Shown: positions 1 to 11,931, counted from the first letter of the stretch. The stretch: DNA of 37,290 nt from Campylobacterota bacterium (GCA_034661055.1 JAYEKO010000064.1:1-37290); one strand, 5' to 3'. Program-made: numbers and translations. Notes: generated from the letters alone by a model not told the origin.

Positions 1-128
1 AAAAAAGAGACATAGCCTTGCACAAAATTTTTACTCGTCGTAGCTTTGGCTATGACTCATAAAAAGTTTTGCACAATCTTACGTCTCTTTTTTCCTCTGA
101 GGCTATTTAGGGTTTTTAGAGGTGCCCT
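1..128. mobile_element. Palindromic MITE-like element, left end truncated by the window edge
   Basis: Imperfect inverted repeat centred near 47: AAAAAAGAGAC (1-11) pairs with GTCTCTTTTTT (83-93) and GTCGTAGCT (37-45) with GGCTATGAC (48-56). It ends in GGTTTTTAGAGGTGCCCT (111-128) followed by TA, like an IS-type terminal repeat. No ORF. Confidence 0.6.
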
Positions 129-189
129 TAAAAGAAAATTATTATTGTTTGGTTAAGTTTATCTTTTTTAATCTTTTATAATAAATGGA

Positions 190-195
190 TATAAT
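190..195 (+). promoter_or_regulatory. Sigma70-type -10 box directly upstream of the Fur-family gene
   Basis: TATAAT 6 nt before the ATG at 202, AT-rich upstream tract, no Shine-Dalgarno. Confidence 0.55.
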
Positions 196-201
196 GCGAG
201 A

Positions 202-600
202 ATGAATTATGACTTACTATTAAAAGAACACCATCTTAAGGTGACACCTCAGCGACTGGGGATACTTAAGTTGATGCATGTAACTGGCCATATTAGTATT
301 GAAGATTTGTATGAATCTATAAAAAAACAGTTCTCATCTATATCGTTAGCAACACTTTACAAAAATATAAACTCTATGCTTGAGACCTCACTCATTAAAG
401 AGGTTAAGGCACCTTATGTTAAAGCACGCTATGAAATTTCAAAAGAGCCTCATGCACATTTAGTCTGTACTGAATGTGGAGAGTTTCAAGATGTTATGTT
501 TAGTGTTGATAAGATTGCTCAGAGTATTGCAAGCAATAATAACTTCAATGTAAATGACACTTCACTGATTATTTCAGGAACGTGCCCTAAGTGTCAATAG
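202..600 (+). CDS. Fur-family transcriptional regulator (PerR-like)
   Basis: LKVTPQR N-terminus, ISLATLYKN helix, HAHLVCTECG and C-terminal CPKC zinc motifs; 132 aa. Confidence 0.9.
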   Translation: MNYDLLLKEHHLKVTPQRLGILKLMHVTGHISIEDLYESIKKQFSSISLATLYKNINSMLETSLIKEVKAPYVKARYEISKEPHAHLVCTECGEFQDVMFSVDKIAQSIASNNNFNVNDTSLIISGTCPKCQ

Positions 601-613
601 TCTTTTTTCTTAA

Positions 614-2140
614 ATGAAAAAGATTGTTCTTACCACTTTAAACTCACGCTTTACTCACACCTCTTTAGCCCTTCGCTACCTCTATGCCAATATGCAAGAG
701 CTTCAGGAAAATACATGTATATTGGAATTTACTATTAATGAAGCCATTCAGAGTATTGCAGAACGTCTGCTTGATGAGTCTCCTAAAATAATCGGTATTG
801 GTGTCTATATCTGGAATGCCGGTGAAGTAAAAGAGCTTATTGAGATTTTAAAGAAAGTTACTCCACAGACTAAGATTATTCTTGGTGGTCCTGAAGTGAG
901 TTATGAGCCCTTTCGTGTTGATTTCTCTCTTGCAGATGTTATTATTCAAGGTGAGGGAGACTTACAGTTTTACTCTACATGTAAATCACTTTTAAATGGT
1001 GAACAGGTAACATGTAAAATAATTAAGCCCTCTCTTGTTGAGCTTTCAGAAGTAAAGTTACCCTATGAGTACTACACCCAAAGTGATATTAAAAACCGAT
1101 ACATCTATGTAGAAGCCTCTCGTGGCTGTCCATTCTCCTGTGAATTTTGTCTCTCTTCCATTGACGAGAAAGTACGTAATTTTGACACTTACATTCTGTT
1201 AAAGGAGTTTAAAGTACTCTGGAGTAAAGGGGTAAGAAACTTTAAGTTTATTGATCGGACCTTTAATTTAAATATGAAAATTGCTAACGCTCTATTAGAC
1301 TTTTTTCTTAGTAAAGAGCCGCCCTACTTTGCCCATTTTGAAGTTATTCCCGATCATTTTCCTGACTCTATTAAGCAGAAAATTGCCCTCTTTCCTTCCG
1401 GTTCACTTCAACTTGAAATTGGGATTCAGACACTCGATCCACAAATTGCTCTTAATATTAGCCGTCCTTTAAAACTAGAAAAAATCAGAGAAAACATCAC
1501 TTTTTTACAAAACGAGACTAAGACTCATATGCACTTAGATCTGATTGTGGGGCTTCCTGGTGAAAGTATAGAAGGTTTTGGAAAAAACCTTAATGCCCTC
1601 TGCACTCTTACTAGTTCAGAGATTCAGATAGGTATCTTAAAAAAGCTTTCCGGAACAGTAATGAATCGCCATGATGAGAACTTTGGTATGCTCTACTCTA
1701 ACACCCCGCCCTATGATATTTTGAAGAATAATCTGCTCAACTATAAAGAGATTCAAAAGATGAAACGATTTGCACGTTTTTGGGATCTTATTTACAATAG
1801 TGGCAACTTCAAACACACATTTAAGTTAATTCACTTAAATACGACTGTTTTTGATGGTTTCTACGCTTTAAGTGAGTGGATCTATACCCAAACACAATCC
1901 ACATGGAAAATATCTCTAGATCGTCTTAATGAGCTTCTATTTAACTATTTTGTATTTACATGTAAATTTGATGTTCAAGATGTGAGTGATATGATGATGA
2001 AAGATATTCTTAGTGTAAAAGGTAGAGCAATTCCTAAAGTGTTAAAGCCTTATGTAAAAGAGAATTTACATGTAGATTCTAAAAACAGTTCTAAAATGAA
2101 TAAAAGACAGAAAATGAGAGGCGAAGAGCCTACTCAATAA
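614..2140 (+). CDS. B12-binding-domain radical SAM protein (DUF4080-type C-terminus)
   Basis: ILGGPEVS and GEG cobalamin-binding region; [13 protein letters not shown]xxxCxxC motif; [24 protein letters not shown]. Confidence 0.88.
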   Translation: MKKIVLTTLNSRFTHTSLALRYLYANMQELQENTCILEFTINEAIQSIAERLLDESPKIIGIGVYIWNAGEVKELIEILKKVTPQTKIILGGPEVSYEPFRVDFSLADVIIQGEGDLQFYSTCKSLLNGEQVTCKIIKPSLVELSEVKLPYEYYTQSDIKNRYIYVEASRGCPFSCEFCLSSIDEKVRNFDTYILLKEFKVLWSKGVRNFKFIDRTFNLNMKIANALLDFFLSKEPPYFAHFEVIPDHFPDSIKQKIALFPSGSLQLEIGIQTLDPQIALNISRPLKLEKIRENITFLQNETKTHMHLDLIVGLPGESIEGFGKNLNALCTLTSSEIQIGILKKLSGTVMNRHDENFGMLYSNTPPYDILKNNLLNYKEIQKMKRFARFWDLIYNSGNFKHTFKLIHLNTTVFDGFYALSEWIYTQTQSTWKISLDRLNELLFNYFVFTCKFDVQDVSDMMMKDILSVKGRAIPKVLKPYVKENLHVDSKNSSKMNKRQKMRGEEPTQ

Positions 2141-2996
2141 TCTTATTTACCGGCATCTGAGCAATGGATTTTGCTCCATGTGCTTTAAGTTTTGGAAAGA
2201 GATCTCTTAGACCATTATCATCAATTACCGCCATAATATCTACCCAATCCCCTTTTGCCAGATGTGAAACAGTTGGATTGTTTGTCGGCAGCAGCTCTAA
2301 AATCTCATTAAGTTTGTTCTCTGGAACATTCATCATAATACATACTTTTGGCACCGCATCAATAACCGAATTAAGCATCATAATAATATCTTCCATCTTT
2401 TTACGCTTAAGAGGGTCAGCATAGGCTTCTTTATTGGCAATAAAACGAGTTGATGTCTCAAGAACAGTATCTATAATTTTTAAATTGTTAGCACGAAGTG
2501 ATGAACCAGTCTCAGTAATCTCAACAATAGCATCTGCTAAGTCTGGAACTTTAACCTCTGTTGTACCCCAACTAAACTCTACATTGGCACTTACACCATT
2601 TGCTGCTAAATAGTCTTTGGTTAGATTGACAACCTCAGTAGCAATAGTCTTACCCTCTAAATCTTTAACACTTTTATATGGTGAGCCCTCTTTAACAGCT
2701 AATACCCACTTTATTTTAGAGTAACTAGCTTTTGCATACGTGAGTTCACATACCTCTACGACATCGGCACGATTCTCTTTAATCCAATCTAGTCCTGTTA
2801 GACCACAATCAAGCTGTCCGCCCTCTACATATCGTGCCATCTCTTGAGCACGAATGAGCATACAAGAGATTTCTTCATCATCAATGCTTGGGTAATAATT
2901 TCTACTCCTAACATTGATGTTATAGCCAGCCTCTTTAAAAATTTTGAGTGTTGAGTCTTGAAGACTCCCTTTTGGTATTCCTAAATTTAAATTCAT
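2130..2996 (-). CDS. hisG: ATP phosphoribosyltransferase, long form with C-terminal regulatory domain
   Basis: [47 protein letters not shown] signature and C-terminal PTVS domain; 288 aa; ATGA overlap with queF. Confidence 0.93.
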   Translation of the reverse strand: MNLNLGIPKGSLQDSTLKIFKEAGYNINVRSRNYYPSIDDEEISCMLIRAQEMARYVEGGQLDCGLTGLDWIKENRADVVEVCELTYAKASYSKIKWVLAVKEGSPYKSVKDLEGKTIATEVVNLTKDYLAANGVSANVEFSWGTTEVKVPDLADAIVEITETGSSLRANNLKIIDTVLETSTRFIANKEAYADPLKRKKMEDIIMMLNSVIDAVPKVCIMMNVPENKLNEILELLPTNNPTVSHLAKGDWVDIMAVIDDNGLRDLFPKLKAHGAKSIAQMPVNKIIE

Positions 2997-3379
2997 TTTT
3001 TCTCCATTTTTAAACTATCAATTTCAATAACTGTATGAACATTGCCTCTTGGATTGTAGTCTGCTACAATTTTCATATATTTTGGTTTTAGCTTTTTATC
3101 CAAAACATCATAAATCTCATTAGCACTATTTTCATGTGAAACATGGCGATCTCTAAATGAGTTAATATAGAGCTTAATTGCTTTAAGTTCCACCACCCAT
3201 TCATTTGGTGTATATTCTAAATATATTGTTGCATAATCAGGGTAACCACTACGTGGACATAGACAGCTAAATTCTGGAAGTGTCATCTTAATTAAGTAGT
3301 CTCGTTTATGCTCATTTGGCCAGATCTCGAGATCTTTTTCAACATCAAATTCTACAACAATTTTTTCACCATATTTCAT
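2993..3379 (-). CDS. queF: NADPH-dependent 7-cyano-7-deazaguanine (preQ0) reductase
   Basis: [28 protein letters not shown] and PRG motifs of unimodular QueF. Confidence 0.95.
   Translation of the reverse strand: MKYGEKIVVEFDVEKDLEIWPNEHKRDYLIKMTLPEFSCLCPRSGYPDYATIYLEYTPNEWVVELKAIKLYINSFRDRHVSHENSANEIYDVLDKKLKPKYMKIVADYNPRGNVHTVIEIDSLKMEKK
3128..3143. promoter_or_regulatory. Degenerate parS-like site inside queF
   Basis: Minus strand TGTTTCACATGAAAAT; 3 mismatches to TGTTTCACGTGAAACA; may simply reflect the conserved HVSHEN peptide. Confidence 0.25.
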
Positions 3380-3382
3380 TTT

Positions 3383-4800
3383 CTAATCCTCTCTCTCTTC
3401 TAAAATATTCTCTAATTGATCAAATTTTCCAATAAAGTAACCCTGAATACAGTCAATCCCAATCTCTTTAGCTACTTCATACATACTCTTATCTTCTATC
3501 ATTTTTATCCATGTTTTAACTCCTAAGGCCTTAGCACTAAGTGTCAAACCCTCTATAATCTCTTTGTAGCCTTTTTCACAGAGACGCTTTGAAAAGCTGT
3601 TGTCAAAAAGTACCATATCTACATGTAAATCTTTCATATAGAGCAGACTGGTCTGATTAAATCCTAAGTTATCTATAGCAATTTTAATTCCCATACGACG
3701 ATAAGACTGCAACGTCTCATTGTAACGTTTTACATTTCCATAGTACTCTTTCTCGCTAATGACAAAAGCAAGACGACCATTAAGTTCAACATTTGAAAGT
3801 AGTGTCTGGACTCTCTGAAAAAATTGGTTCTGTCTTAGTGATGACGGAGAAATATTGAGTGTAAAACTCACATTTTTATATAGTTCAATATATTCACTTA
3901 CTGCTTCAAGTTGTAGGACATCAAATTCACGATTGAGACGCAGTCTATTTATTACTGGCATATAGCTTTTATGATGAATTATTTTTTCTAAATCATCAAC
4001 CAACTTAATAGAACTGTCATACATCACCTTATTATTACACTCCATTTTTTGAAACATAATTGAGTAGCGACTCTCTCTCACCGCTTGTAAAACTCGTTTT
4101 TCAAGTAGATCTGGATCAAGTTTTTTCTCTATCTCTACAATATTTGTAGAACATATTTTAGAATTTTTAATTTCAATAAGCTTATCAATGATTCGATCAA
4201 TATCATCACTAAAAGAGTTATCTATTATAGCGCCACTAATATGTACTTCAATATCTTTAACAATATAATTTTCAACTTTCAGACATAAAATATCCATCAT
4301 CGTCTTATATTGATTCTCGTCTCCCTCTAAACCAATTAAAAAATCCCCACCTTTAAGAACACCAATTGGAAAGTTTTTAACTCCCTTCTCTTCAAAAAAA
4401 GTTCCTATCCAGTATGCTGTCTCATATAAGACTATATCACCATTTTTAAGTCCATACTTCTCATTAATGTCTTGTAGATTATTAATTGATATCAAAACTA
4501 CCGTATAGTCACCTTTTTGTAGCTCCTTTTTAAAAAGACCAATAGTATATTCACGTGAAAACATATGAGTTGTTGGATCAGTAATCTGTTCATCACGACC
4601 CTTATAGATAAGATAAAACGAAAAATAGACTGCTACTGCAAAAGTACCAATGCCAATAATGGTAAAAGCTGGAGGAATCGTATCTAAATATTGTGAAAGT
4701 AGTGAAAAAAGAAGTACAGAAGTGAGCAAAAAAATGGGAAAACCCATTCTTAGTGCTAATTTAAACTGTGCTTCTCGCTCTTTAGTCTCTGGTAAAAGCA

Positions 4801-4801
<1 letters not shown>
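3383..4801 (-). CDS. Membrane-anchored degenerate GGDEF-EAL domain protein
   Basis: Two N-terminal hydrophobic helices; DINEKYG..GD and KGGDFL (degenerate GGDEF); LNISP, IAIDNLG, IQGYFIGK (EAL fold lacking EAL/DDFG). Start overlaps the gyrB stop (TAATG). Confidence 0.8.
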
Positions 4802-7128
<2,327 letters not shown>

Positions 7129-7233
7129 TTACACTATAATTGGCTCTATTTTATCCAAAAATAGTTAAAAATTTGATATAAGAAGATAATTTTGTACTTT
7201 ATTAGCTGTTATTGTAGTATTTAGGGCACCTAT

Positions 7234-7260
7234 AAAAAGAGTTCTGCCAAAAATGGCAGA
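7234..7260 (-). terminator. Intrinsic terminator-like hairpin after dnaN
   Basis: TCTGCCA-AAAA-TGGCAGA (7243-7260) followed on the minus strand by ACTCTTTTT, 3 nt after the dnaN stop. Confidence 0.55.
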
Positions 7261-7263
7261 TTG

Positions 7264-8331
7264 TTATATAACTATAGGCATTACAATTGTTTTAAAGTTA
7301 TGTTCACTCAATACAAATGGTAAATTAGGTTCATTAAGACCTATATTAAACTCACTTTCTGATGTTTGAGAAAGAAAGTCAAGAATATATCTACTGTTGA
7401 CAGCTAAGACAAAAGGCTCTTCAAGACCAGTCTCAAAATAAATCTCTGTTTTAGCTTCAATATTATCATCACTTAAACTTTCAAAAACAATGTGATTATT
7501 ATGAAATATAATTTTCATGTCACTCGATATTGTAGTAATCTGCTTAATAGCTCCTATAATGTCACTTTTAGGAATAGTTAGGTTTTTGGAAAGTTCTTTA
7601 GGAATAATACGAGAATAGTCAGGAAATTTACCATTTATAAGTTTTGTAAAAAAGATGAATTGATCAGATTTAATAACAAGATGGGCATCATCATAATAAA
7701 TTTCAATAGCATTGAAGAAAAGTTTTTGAATCTCTATTATTGCTTTTTTTGGAATAATTAATGAGAGCTCTTTTTCATTGTTATTATTTACATGTACTAG
7801 TGCTAAACGTCTAGTATCTGTAGAGACAAAGTTAATAGAATCAAGTGAAATATCTAAAAGTGCACCATTAAGTTCAAACTTAGGATTATTGTTATCTGTT
7901 GCTGGTGTAATCTTTTTTAGTGATTCAATCAAAACTTGTGAATTAATCTCTATTTTTGGGGCACTATCAAAAGATGGGAAAGATGGATATTCACTACTAT
8001 TGAAAGTAGGTAGTTTAAAGTTTGAGCTTCCTTGTTGAATATGAAGCATATTTTGACGAGTCTCTAATATAACTTCTTGATCTTTTAAAATTCTAATAAT
8101 ATCAAGAAGTTTTTTACCATTTGCAGTGACCATACCTGTCTCATTAATCTGTACTTTTTGAGTAGCAATGTTAAGACCAATTTCATAATCTGTAGCTTTA
8201 ACAACTAATGTATCAGCTTTTGATTCAAAATAGACATGTGAAGTAATTTGAGATGTATCTTTTTTTTCAAGAAAAGGTTGTACATGTAAAAGAATGTTTT
8301 CTAAAATAGATTTTGAAATAGCTATTTTCAT
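7264..8331 (-). CDS. dnaN: DNA polymerase III beta sliding clamp
   Basis: KATDYEI, VSTDTRRLA, IIPKKAI, LINGKFPDYSRIIP, C-terminal IVMP; between dnaA and gyrB. Confidence 0.97.
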   Translation of the reverse strand: MKIAISKSILENILLHVQPFLEKKDTSQITSHVYFESKADTLVVKATDYEIGLNIATQKVQINETGMVTANGKKLLDIIRILKDQEVILETRQNMLHIQQGSSNFKLPTFNSSEYPSFPSFDSAPKIEINSQVLIESLKKITPATDNNNPKFELNGALLDISLDSINFVSTDTRRLALVHVNNNNEKELSLIIPKKAIIEIQKLFFNAIEIYYDDAHLVIKSDQFIFFTKLINGKFPDYSRIIPKELSKNLTIPKSDIIGAIKQITTISSDMKIIFHNNHIVFESLSDDNIEAKTEIYFETGLEEPFVLAVNSRYILDFLSQTSESEFNIGLNEPNLPFVLSEHNFKTIVMPIVI

Positions 8332-8520
8332 TTATATTCCTATATATATTAATATTTAGTAGTAGTAGTAGCTCACATTAATTATGTGAATTACTCTTCT
8401 TAGTCCCTAAAATAGGCAAGTTCTAATGTGAAAAACTTTTTAATCTTTTTCACACTTATTCACCTGTGCAAATTATATCTTATTTTTAGGCATCTTTAAA
8501 ACTCTTTATTGGTACTTATT
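8332..8520. promoter_or_regulatory. oriC2: DNA-unwinding sub-origin between dnaA and dnaN
   Basis: AT-only tract TATATATATTAATATT (8341-8356), (TAG)5 DnaA-trios at 8357-8371, TTCAC-core DnaA boxes at 8385-8393, 8427-8435, 8446-8454, 8456-8464. Matches the known bipartite Campylobacterota origin layout. Confidence 0.88.
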
Positions 8521-9840
8521 TTAGGATGTTGTTGTAATTTTATTTTTGAACTCTTCAATTTGAAGCCTAAAGCCTTCATCATTTTTAATAAGTTCTTGAA
8601 TTTTACGCATTGTGTGACTAATGGCAGTGTGATCTTTCATTCCAAAATATTTTGCAAGTTGAGGAGTAGTATTTGGAGTATATTCTCGTGCTAAATAGAT
8701 AGCTACACGTCGTGCACTTACTATATTTCTACTTCTACTTTTTGAAGTGATTTCACTTGGTTTAATATTAAGTTCTTTAGCAACAAGTTTTAAAATAAGA
8801 TCCAAAGTAATATGGTCTCGTTTATCTTCAAGTTGCTCCTTTAAAACATTTTTTGCAAAATCTATGGTTATATTTACATGTATGAGTTGTGAATAAGCAT
8901 GTAGTTTAGAAAGAATCCCTTCAATTTCACGTACATTATTTTCAATGATAGTCGCAATATAGGTAATGACATCATTGTCAAGTTTGACTTTATTAATTTC
9001 ACATTTCTTTTTGATAATATTGATTTTAGTCTCAAGTTCTGGAGGTTGAATGTCAGCAACTAGACCATGTTCAAAACGGCTTTTAAGTCGCTCTTCTAAA
9101 CCTGCAATTTTTTTAGGGTGCTTATCTGCAGTAATAACAATCTGTTTACCGTCATTTTTTAGCTCTTCAAATGTGTGAAAAAACTCTTCTTGAAGTGAAT
9201 TTTTATTACTTAAAAACTGAACATCATCTATTAAAAGAAGATCACATTTTCTGTATTTATCTTTAAAACGTTCCATAGATTTATTTCTAAGATGTCGGGT
9301 AAAGTCATTAAAAAATTGTTCAACTGAGACGTAGATAATGTTTTGTCCCTTATTTTGTAGAACATTTCCAATTGCTTGCATTAAGTGAGTTTTTCCAAGT
9401 CCAACACCACCATAGATAAAAAGAGGATTATAGACCTTACCAGGCTGTTCACTAACACTTTTGGCTGCTACATAAGCAAATTTGTTAGAGCCACCCTCTA
9501 CAAAATTCTCAAATGTATGTGCAATATTTAGAAGTGATTGTTTTATTTTGGAATCAGAAGCGTCTTTTTTTGTTTTTTGTTTTGTTTTTTTTGAGCTTAT
9601 ATCTTGCAATATAATATTTACAGAAGGTTTTATTCCTGTTTTAATTTCAAAAAGATGAGCAATATTTTCACTGTAACGATTTTTTATCCAACTCATAATA
9701 AGTGGATTTGGGGCAATAAAATATACATCGTTCTCATTTGACAGTTTAGGTGCAAAACTAAGTTGTTTAATATAGCGGTTATATTCTACATCTGTTATCT
9801 CTTTTTTTAATAAATCTAATACGTTATTGCCAATGCTCAT
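8521..9840 (-). CDS. dnaA: Chromosomal replication initiator DnaA
   Basis: YNPLFIYGGVGLGKTHL Walker A, LLIDDVQ Walker B, QEEFFHTF, NVREIEG, DHTAISH domain IV. Confidence 0.98.
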   Translation of the reverse strand: MSIGNNVLDLLKKEITDVEYNRYIKQLSFAPKLSNENDVYFIAPNPLIMSWIKNRYSENIAHLFEIKTGIKPSVNIILQDISSKKTKQKTKKDASDSKIKQSLLNIAHTFENFVEGGSNKFAYVAAKSVSEQPGKVYNPLFIYGGVGLGKTHLMQAIGNVLQNKGQNIIYVSVEQFFNDFTRHLRNKSMERFKDKYRKCDLLLIDDVQFLSNKNSLQEEFFHTFEELKNDGKQIVITADKHPKKIAGLEERLKSRFEHGLVADIQPPELETKINIIKKKCEINKVKLDNDVITYIATIIENNVREIEGILSKLHAYSQLIHVNITIDFAKNVLKEQLEDKRDHITLDLILKLVAKELNIKPSEITSKSRSRNIVSARRVAIYLAREYTPNTTPQLAKYFGMKDHTAISHTMRKIQELIKNDEGFRLQIEEFKNKITTTS

Positions 9841-9973
9841 CTATCTGTCTGCTCCATGTGAATAATGTGTGAATAAGTAAGCAATTATATTAGAACAAAC
9901 CCTAGAATATGATAAAATCAGATATAAATTCAATTTACTCACAGTGTGAGTAAATTTATTTTGGAGTTAGTTT
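9841..9973. promoter_or_regulatory. oriC1 / dnaA promoter with DnaA boxes
   Basis: TGTGAATAA (=TTATTCACA) at 9857-9865 and 9868-9876, just downstream of a minus-strand TATAAT (9884-9889). Inverted repeat AATTTACTCACA-G-TGTGAGTAAATT (9932-9956) holds two opposed boxes. Confidence 0.85.
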
Positions 9974-10450
9974 TTGAATATTTTAGGTATTGATCCTGGT
10001 ACTAGAAATTGTGGTTATGCCATTATCTCTTTAAAATTTGGAAAAATTGAGTTGCTTGAAGCGGGTCTAATCAAAATGAAAGCAGAAGATTTACAATTTC
10101 AACTTCCTCAAATGGCAGAAGGAATTGAACATATATTTAAAACTCATAAAATAGATGAAGTTGCTATTGAAGATATGTTTTATGCTCATAATCCAAAGAC
10201 AACAATAAAATTGGCTCAATTCCGTGGAGCATTGATGTTAAAAGTTTTACAGGAATTTGGACAATTTAGTGAATACACTCCCCTACAAATCAAAAAAGCA
10301 TTAACAGGTAAAGCCAAAGCAGATAAAGTTCAAGTAGCATTTATGGTTAAAAGATTGTTAAATATAAAAAAAGAGATTAAACCCTTAGATATTACTGATG
10401 CAATTGCCATAGCAATTACACATTCTCAAAGAGTAAAATTAAAAAAGTAA
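9974..10450 (+). CDS. ruvC: Holliday junction resolvase RuvC
   Basis: [44 protein letters not shown] start after GGAG; divergent from dnaA. Confidence 0.96.
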   Translation: MNILGIDPGTRNCGYAIISLKFGKIELLEAGLIKMKAEDLQFQLPQMAEGIEHIFKTHKIDEVAIEDMFYAHNPKTTIKLAQFRGALMLKVLQEFGQFSEYTPLQIKKALTGKAKADKVQVAFMVKRLLNIKKEIKPLDITDAIAIAITHSQRVKLKK

Positions 10451-10451
10451 G

Positions 10452-10486
10452 AATAAACACTCAACACACCAGGGAGAGTGTTTATT
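10452..10486 (+). terminator. Hairpin right after ruvC (probable terminator)
   Basis: AATAAACACTC (10452-10462) and GAGTGTTTATT (10476-10486) form a perfect 11-bp inverted repeat. Confidence 0.5.
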
Positions 10487-10903
10487 TAAGTGCAATATTA
10501 TCACATTTTTCTTAGTGATTCCTAATGCGGCTATTTTTCTATTTTCTTCTTAAATATTTTTTATATACCATAAAGGTGCCCTAGATTGTAATAAATTTGT
10601 TTCAAATGTGTAATTTTCACACTGTGGGCTAAAATGTGAACTTAAATGACGTAATATAGACTTTCTTGCAATTTAAGGGCAAATTTATATAAATAATTTC
10701 TTAATTTCTTAATTTTTTTAAAAGTTTCTAAATCCCCTAAAATAGGGACTTCTAGAGGTTAATAATAAAATTTATTACTTATAATTAACTAAATAACTTT
10801 TATTTATAAAGTTATTCACATAAGAAGCTCTATAGAGCCCTACTTCACGATATTTGATTACAATATGCATATAAATAATAATGATAATCAAAATATTAAA
10901 ATA

Positions 10904-10919
10904 AGTTTCACGTGAAACA
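10904..10919. promoter_or_regulatory. parS site
   Basis: AGTTTCACGTGAAACA, 15/16 match to TGTTTCACGTGAAACA, origin-proximal. Confidence 0.88.
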
Positions 10920-10920
10920 T

Positions 10921-11829
10921 TTAATAGTTTAAAGCAGAAAAAGCTTCTTTAATAAAGTCTGTTTTACTCGTAATTGAATATTTACAACCATAATTAAATT
11001 CTAATTTGTTTGCATGTAAAAGAAGTCTTGAAGCACCACTTAATTCTATGCGCTCTTTAGTAGAAAGTTCTCTATCTAAAAAACGTAAAACATTTTCATC
11101 ACTCTGTCCATAAATTGGATCGCCAACTATTGGATGTTTCACGTGAAACAGATGTACTCTAATTTGATGTTGTCTTCCAGTTAAAGGTTTGGCTTCAACT
11201 AAGGTCATATTTAATTCAGGAAAAAATTGTAATGGTATAATTGTTGTCTCAGAAGCTTTTCCTTCTGGATTAACTTTTACAACTGTTCTAACCATAGCGC
11301 TGATATCTTGTTTTCTTAGAAGCGGCTCATTTACATGTAAAATAGAATCTATTTGTCCATGAACTAGAGCAAGATAATATTTCTGCATATCTCTCTCTTG
11401 AAACATCATTTTAAGATCTATTTCTGATTGTTTGTGTTTAGCTGAAAGGACAATACCACTAGTCTCCTGATCAATTCTATGTGTAATATTTGCATCACGA
11501 CCAAACTGAAATTTTATTTCATCAAGTAGAGAGTAGGGTGTGCGTCTGCTTTGAGGATGAATTAATACTCCACTAGGCTTGTCAAAAATTACAAAGTCTT
11601 TAGTTTGAAAAAGAGGAATTAAGCCTTTTGTAATTGGTTCAAAATAGATAAATTCAAATTCACCTTCAATAGAGCCAGCTGTATATGTCATGGGTTCATT
11701 GTTAACAAGAAGCCGTCCTTTAGCAATTAAACGTTGAGCTTCTTTTTGAGTATAGCCAAGATTACGAATTAAAAAGAGAAAGGCTTTCTGCTTTTTTTCA
11801 GCATAGAATGTTTTTCTAACAAATGGCAA
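10921..11829 (-). CDS. RluA-family pseudouridine synthase
   Basis: DKPSGVLIHP, HRIDQETSG (catalytic Asp), TGRQHQIRVH, HPIVGDPIYG, LLLHA; TTG start with AAGGA. Confidence 0.92.
   Translation of the reverse strand: MPFVRKTFYAEKKQKAFLFLIRNLGYTQKEAQRLIAKGRLLVNNEPMTYTAGSIEGEFEFIYFEPITKGLIPLFQTKDFVIFDKPSGVLIHPQSRRTPYSLLDEIKFQFGRDANITHRIDQETSGIVLSAKHKQSEIDLKMMFQERDMQKYYLALVHGQIDSILHVNEPLLRKQDISAMVRTVVKVNPEGKASETTIIPLQFFPELNMTLVEAKPLTGRQHQIRVHLFHVKHPIVGDPIYGQSDENVLRFLDRELSTKERIELSGASRLLLHANKLEFNYGCKYSITSKTDFIKEAFSALNY
11135..11150. promoter_or_regulatory. parS site, perfect, inside the RluA-family gene
   Basis: TGTTTCACGTGAAACA, exact consensus. Confidence 0.92.
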
Positions 11830-11931
11830 AAATTAATCCTTTTATTATGCAGATTGAGATAATATCTAATACTTATTTTATTAGTATTTTATCACAATAC
11901 TAAAGTATAAATTGACAATATAGGAGTGAAA

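Noticed and set aside
4547..4562. TTCACGTGAA parS-like core in the degenerate GGDEF-EAL gene
   Set aside because: Only the central 10-11 bp match; the outer GT/AC positions are wrong.
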